From Minisyncoccota bacterium (GTDB lineage Bacteria; Patescibacteriota; Minisyncoccia; Phycocordibacterales; DATDWN01), in assembly GCA_041674105.1 (NCBI GenBank), contig JBAYWK010000002.1, positions 79,411 to 143,410 on the forward strand: a stretch of DNA of 64,000 bases, in the 5' to 3' direction. The notes under the pieces are model-generated. The model did no database searches, was not told the DNA's origin, and saw only the letters and a program-made list of their open reading frames with translations. Every line of letters starts with the position of its first letter. Positions within the stretch are counted from its first letter, which is position 1. Positions 60,378 to 64,000 of this stretch are shown piece after piece. The position numbers and the translations under genes are program-made.

Positions 60378-61298
60378 ATGATTTACGATTTAATAATAAT
60401 TGGTGGTGGACCAGCTGGTGTTTCTGCGGGTGTTTACTCTGCCAGAAAACAATTAAAAACACTTTTAATAACCCCAGAATTTGGTGGGCAAAGTATTGTT
60501 TCCGAAGGTATTGAAAACTGGATAGGTACGATAAAACTCTCTGGCTCTGACCTAGCCAAAAACTTAGAAAACCACCTGAAAGCCTATGCTGGAGATTTTG
60601 TAGAGATAAAAAATGAGTCAGCTGAAAATATTTCAAAATCTGAATCTGTTTTTGAAGTTAAAACTGAAAAATCTACTTATCAATCAAAATCTGTTCTAAT
60701 AGCTACAGGCAGTCACAGAAGAAAGCTGGAAATACCCGGAGCCAAAGAGTTTGATAATAAAGGAATAATTTACTGCGCATCTTGTGATGGACCACTTTTT
60801 GCTGGACAAGATGTGGTTGTTATTGGTGGTGGAAATGCGGCGCTAGAGACATCTGCCCAACTTTTATCATATTGCAAGAGTGTTACTCTTTTAAACAGAA
60901 GTGACAAACTTCGTGGGGATGAAATAACCATTTCAAAACTTTCTGAAAATAGTCATTTTAAAATAATAAAAAATGCTGTGCCAGTAGAAGTACTCGGAGA
61001 CAAATTTGTCTCAGGATTGATCTACGAAGATACTGTTACAAAAGAAAAACATACACTGACTGTGCCAGCTATTTTTGTAGAAATAGGACTCCTTCCGACA
61101 ACCTATTTTGCTAAAAATATAATCAAACTAAACGAGTACAACCAAATACCAATAAACCCAAAAGACCAGCAAACTGAAGTCTATGGTATTTGGGCAGCTG
61201 GAGACTGTACAGACGCTATGTACCACCAAAACAACATAGCCTCAGGAGACGCTGTGAGGGCCCTGGAGGACATATATGTGCATATAAAGACAAAGTAG
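60378..61298 (+). CDS. trxB: thioredoxin-disulfide reductase (TrxB/AhpF-type)
   Basis: IGGGPAG, CASCDG, IGGGNAA, AAGD. Confidence 0.88.
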   Translation: MIYDLIIIGGGPAGVSAGVYSARKQLKTLLITPEFGGQSIVSEGIENWIGTIKLSGSDLAKNLENHLKAYAGDFVEIKNESAENISKSESVFEVKTEKSTYQSKSVLIATGSHRRKLEIPGAKEFDNKGIIYCASCDGPLFAGQDVVVIGGGNAALETSAQLLSYCKSVTLLNRSDKLRGDEITISKLSENSHFKIIKNAVPVEVLGDKFVSGLIYEDTVTKEKHTLTVPAIFVEIGLLPTTYFAKNIIKLNEYNQIPINPKDQQTEVYGIWAAGDCTDAMYHQNNIASGDAVRALEDIYVHIKTK

Positions 61299-61910
61299 TT
61301 ACTTTATATACTTAGCCACTTTTTGGTAAATTCTATCAGCAATTATGGCGTAGCCTTCATCATTTGGATGCACTGTATCGTACATATATTCTTTCTTAGT
61401 TATTACCCCCGATAAGACATCTGAAACATAAATAGACCCTGTTTCTCGGGCCAGATTTTCAAAAGGTTTTTCAAATTTATCTGACAAAACTCCCCCACGA
61501 ACTCCGAGCAAAACGACCATAGATCCACCAGACTGAAACTTGGTTATAATTTGCCTCAAATTATTAAAAGTTTCTTCTTGAGGAACTTTTTTTAAATAAT
61601 CATTTCCTCCCAAAAGTAGTACGACTGTACCTGGATTTTTTTTAATCGCCTCATTTATTCTAGCCAAACCTTCTTTAGTAGTATCACCAGATACACCTAG
61701 ATTTACTATTGGTTTTCCTAATTTTTGAGATAAAAGATAAACAAAACCTTTTCCGTCTGTTGCTCCGACTCCCCTAGTCAAACTATCGCCAAAAGCTACA
61801 ATAGTGTCATTTTTTGGAGGATAATTTTTGATTATTGGACTTGAATTGGAGAAAAAATAAACACCCAAAGCAAAGGTGGCTAAAACCGCGACAATAATAT
61901 ATTTTCTCAT
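61299..61910 (-). CDS. SGNH/GDSL esterase
   Basis: FGDSLT, GVSGDTT, LGGND, DTVHPN. Confidence 0.93.
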   Translation of the reverse strand: MRKYIIVAVLATFALGVYFFSNSSPIIKNYPPKNDTIVAFGDSLTRGVGATDGKGFVYLLSQKLGKPIVNLGVSGDTTKEGLARINEAIKKNPGTVVLLLGGNDYLKKVPQEETFNNLRQIITKFQSGGSMVVLLGVRGGVLSDKFEKPFENLARETGSIYVSDVLSGVITKKEYMYDTVHPNDEGYAIIADRIYQKVAKYIK

Positions 61911-62024
61911 TTAGATAATTGTAACAGAAAAGGAAGACTCCACAAATAAAATGTTTGTACCTAGAACAACTTATACAATCTTTTTTGCATTTTTATAGAA
62001 AAATGTTAGAATATTGCGGTTATT

Positions 62025-62096
62025 GGCCCTATCGTCTAACGGTTAGGACATCGCCTTTTCAAGGCGGTAATCGGGGTTCGATTCCCCGTAGGGTCA
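62025..62096 (+). tRNA. tRNA-Glu(TTC)
   Basis: GGCCCTA/TAGGGTC, CGCC-TT TTC AA-GGCG. Confidence 0.95.
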
Positions 62097-62281
62097 TGCA
62101 AAGCAGAATCGCCGAAAGGCGATTTTTGCATGACCCTACAGAAATTGCATGTTATGCAATTTCGCGGGGAATCGAAAAGCGGAGCGGGGTACCAGTCCAG
62201 TAGGACTGGTCGCGAGCTGCGGACACGACTTTTCCGAGCGACGGCGAGGAAAAAGTTGCGGACGATATCCCCGTAGGGTCA
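62097..62281 (+). repeat. tRNA-trailer element after tRNA-Glu
   Basis: antisense tgaccctac-A[gaaattgcat-gtt-atgcaatttc]GC-ggggaatcgaa; core shared with Tyr/Leu(TAA); duplicate tccccgtagggtca 62268-62281. Confidence 0.92.
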
Positions 62282-62318
62282 CAAAATTATACACCGTACG
62301 ATATGATATAGTATTTTG

Positions 62319-62852
62319 ATGAATTTAAAAGATAGACTTATTGCGTTAACAGACCTAGAAACCACTGGAGATATTTTTACCACTCATGAAATATTAGAAA
62401 TTGGTTTAGTCTTATTTAGACAAGATAATTTTGAAATCGTGGATACTTTTGAGATGAAAGTAAAACCAGAACATCCAGAAATTTTTGTACCGGCGGCACT
62501 AGAGAGGAATGGTTATGATGAAGAAAATTGGAAAGATTCAATACCACTAAAAGACGCTATGGAAATCTACTCAAAAAAGACAAAGGATGCTATTTTTTGC
62601 TCTTACAATGTTAGTTTTGACTGGGGTTTTATGTGTGAATCTTTTAAAAAAACTGGGGTAAAAGATAATATGGATTATCATCGAATAGATGTGATGTCTA
62701 TGGCCTTCTATAAATACATAGATAAAATAGAAAGTTTATCTATGTCTAAAGTTTCTCAATTGTCTGGTATAGAGCCTGAGGAGATGCCTCACAGAGCTCT
62801 AAATGGAGCAATGCAAGGTTATAAACTATACAAAGCTTTACTGGAAAAATAG
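62319..62852 (+). CDS. DEDDh 3'-5' exonuclease
   Basis: DLETTG, YNVSFD, HRAL. Confidence 0.9.
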   Translation: MNLKDRLIALTDLETTGDIFTTHEILEIGLVLFRQDNFEIVDTFEMKVKPEHPEIFVPAALERNGYDEENWKDSIPLKDAMEIYSKKTKDAIFCSYNVSFDWGFMCESFKKTGVKDNMDYHRIDVMSMAFYKYIDKIESLSMSKVSQLSGIEPEEMPHRALNGAMQGYKLYKALLEK

Positions 62853-62879
62853 ACCAAAATCTGTTATTTTTAATATATA

Positions 62880-62955
62880 GCGCGGTTAGCTCAGTTGGTA
62901 GAGCGCGTCATTGACGTTGACGATGTCAGAGGTTCGAATCCTCTATCGCGCACCA
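62880..62955 (+). tRNA. tRNA-Val(GAC)
   Basis: CGTCA-TT GAC GT-TGACG; encoded CCA. Confidence 0.95.
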
Positions 62956-64000
62956 TGAAAATACTATCTATAGAAACATCTTGTGATGAGACAGCTATCG
63001 GTATAGTAGAAGCCGAAGGAAATTTACAAAAACCGACTGTAAAAGTTTTGGGTGAGGCTCTGTATTCTCAGATAAGCATTCACGCTGAATATGGCGGAGT
63101 CTATCCAAACCTAGCAAAAAGAGAGCATGCAAGAAACCTAGCTCCACTTCTGAAACAAGCTTTAGAAAAGTCAGGACTTTATAAAGAATCTACAGAAAAA
63201 TATCCTGAGGAAGTTTGGACAGAAATAAAAGAGATTTGCCACAGAGAAGAGGGATTATATGAAAACTTTAGAGAAATATTTGAAAATATTAAGAATCCAA
63301 AAGTAGATTTTATTTCTGTCACCTACGGACCTGGGCTTGAGCCAGCTTTATGGGTAGGAATATCTTTTTCTAAAGCTCTGTCTCTTCTTTGGGGTACTCC
63401 AGTAGTTCCAGTAAACCATATGGAAGGTCATATTACATCTGTCCTAGGAGAAGCCACAAACACCAAACCGCTAGACTTCCCTGCTCTGGCCTTGCTTATA
63501 TCTGGAGGTCATACAGAGCTGGTTCATATAGAGAAATGGGGTGATTATAAAATACTTGGTCAAACAAGAGATGATGCAGTTGGCGAAGCTTTTGACAAAG
63601 TGGCAAGAATGATAGGACTACCTTACCCAGGAGGCCCAGAAGTGTCTAGACTGGCTGAAAAGGCTAGAACAATGCCAGACCTTGTGAGAGATGTCATTTT
63701 ACCTAGACCAATGATTATTTCTGATAATCTTGATTTTTCTTTTTCAGGACTCAAAACAGCTGTTCTTTATTATTTGAGAGATAAAGAAAAATTATCAGAA
63801 GAAAATAAACTAAGTTTAGCAAAGGAATTTGAAGATGCTGTCACTGAGGTTTTGCTGACTAAAACTTCCAAAGCTTTAAAACAGAATGAATACAAAACTT
63901 TTATAATTGGTGGTGGTGTAATAGCCAACAAATTTATTAAAGAATCATTTTTTGATATGATTTATCTTGTTTTTCCTAATATAAAGATCTTGATCCCAGA
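62955..64000 (+). CDS. tsaD: tRNA N6-threonylcarbamoyltransferase TsaD (runs off window end)
   Basis: MKILSIETSCDETA, GPGL, NHMEGH, LLISGGHT, TRDDAVGEAFDK, DFSFSGLKT. Confidence 0.95.
   Translation, partial: MKILSIETSCDETAIGIVEAEGNLQKPTVKVLGEALYSQISIHAEYGGVYPNLAKREHARNLAPLLKQALEKSGLYKESTEKYPEEVWTEIKEICHREEGLYENFREIFENIKNPKVDFISVTYGPGLEPALWVGISFSKALSLLWGTPVVPVNHMEGHITSVLGEATNTKPLDFPALALLISGGHTELVHIEKWGDYKILGQTRDDAVGEAFDKVARMIGLPYPGGPEVSRLAEKARTMPDLVRDVILPRPMIISDNLDFSFSGLKTAVLYYLRDKEKLSEENKLSLAKEFEDAVTEVLLTKTSKALKQNEYKTFIIGGGVIANKFIKESFFDMIYLVFPNIKILIP

Noticed and set aside
62097-62281. Trailers as group I/II introns or tmRNA pieces
   Set aside because: Too short, with no P7/domain V or tag-reading-frame features; the upstream tRNA is already complete without splicing.

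Overview
AT-rich bacterial chromosome segment. Its gene content (reduced core genes, a TrbC/VirB2-like pilin cluster, short RelA/SpoT, many apparently leaderless genes) suggests a Patescibacteria/CPR (Parcubacteria-like) genome; this assignment is an inference. It carries housekeeping genes (dnaX, dus, serS, dprA, topA, rel, parB, miaA, rpmG, clpB, iscS, infB, rbfA, gyrA, rpsA, pth, lepB, rpsU, ybeY, ftsA, ftsZ, trxB, tsaD), 10 tRNA genes and a small Mrr-containing island bounded by a 30-bp direct repeat at tRNA-Gln. The most striking signal is non-coding. Eight of the ten tRNAs are followed by a 140-190 nt structured element: a hairpin, then an antisense copy of that tRNA's own acceptor/T-arm (in six cases split by an A-[hairpin]-GN insert), then a shared covarying core that usually has a GCGACGGC-capped stem, then a direct repeat of the tRNA 3' end. 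The cores are shared between different tRNAs while the ends match each host tRNA. Partial 5' tRNA copies interrupted by hairpins (one directly ahead of a GIY-YIG nuclease gene) and related palindromic elements at non-tRNA sites suggest a wider family. Coordinates were read by eye and all product calls come from motif recognition; no database searches were run.
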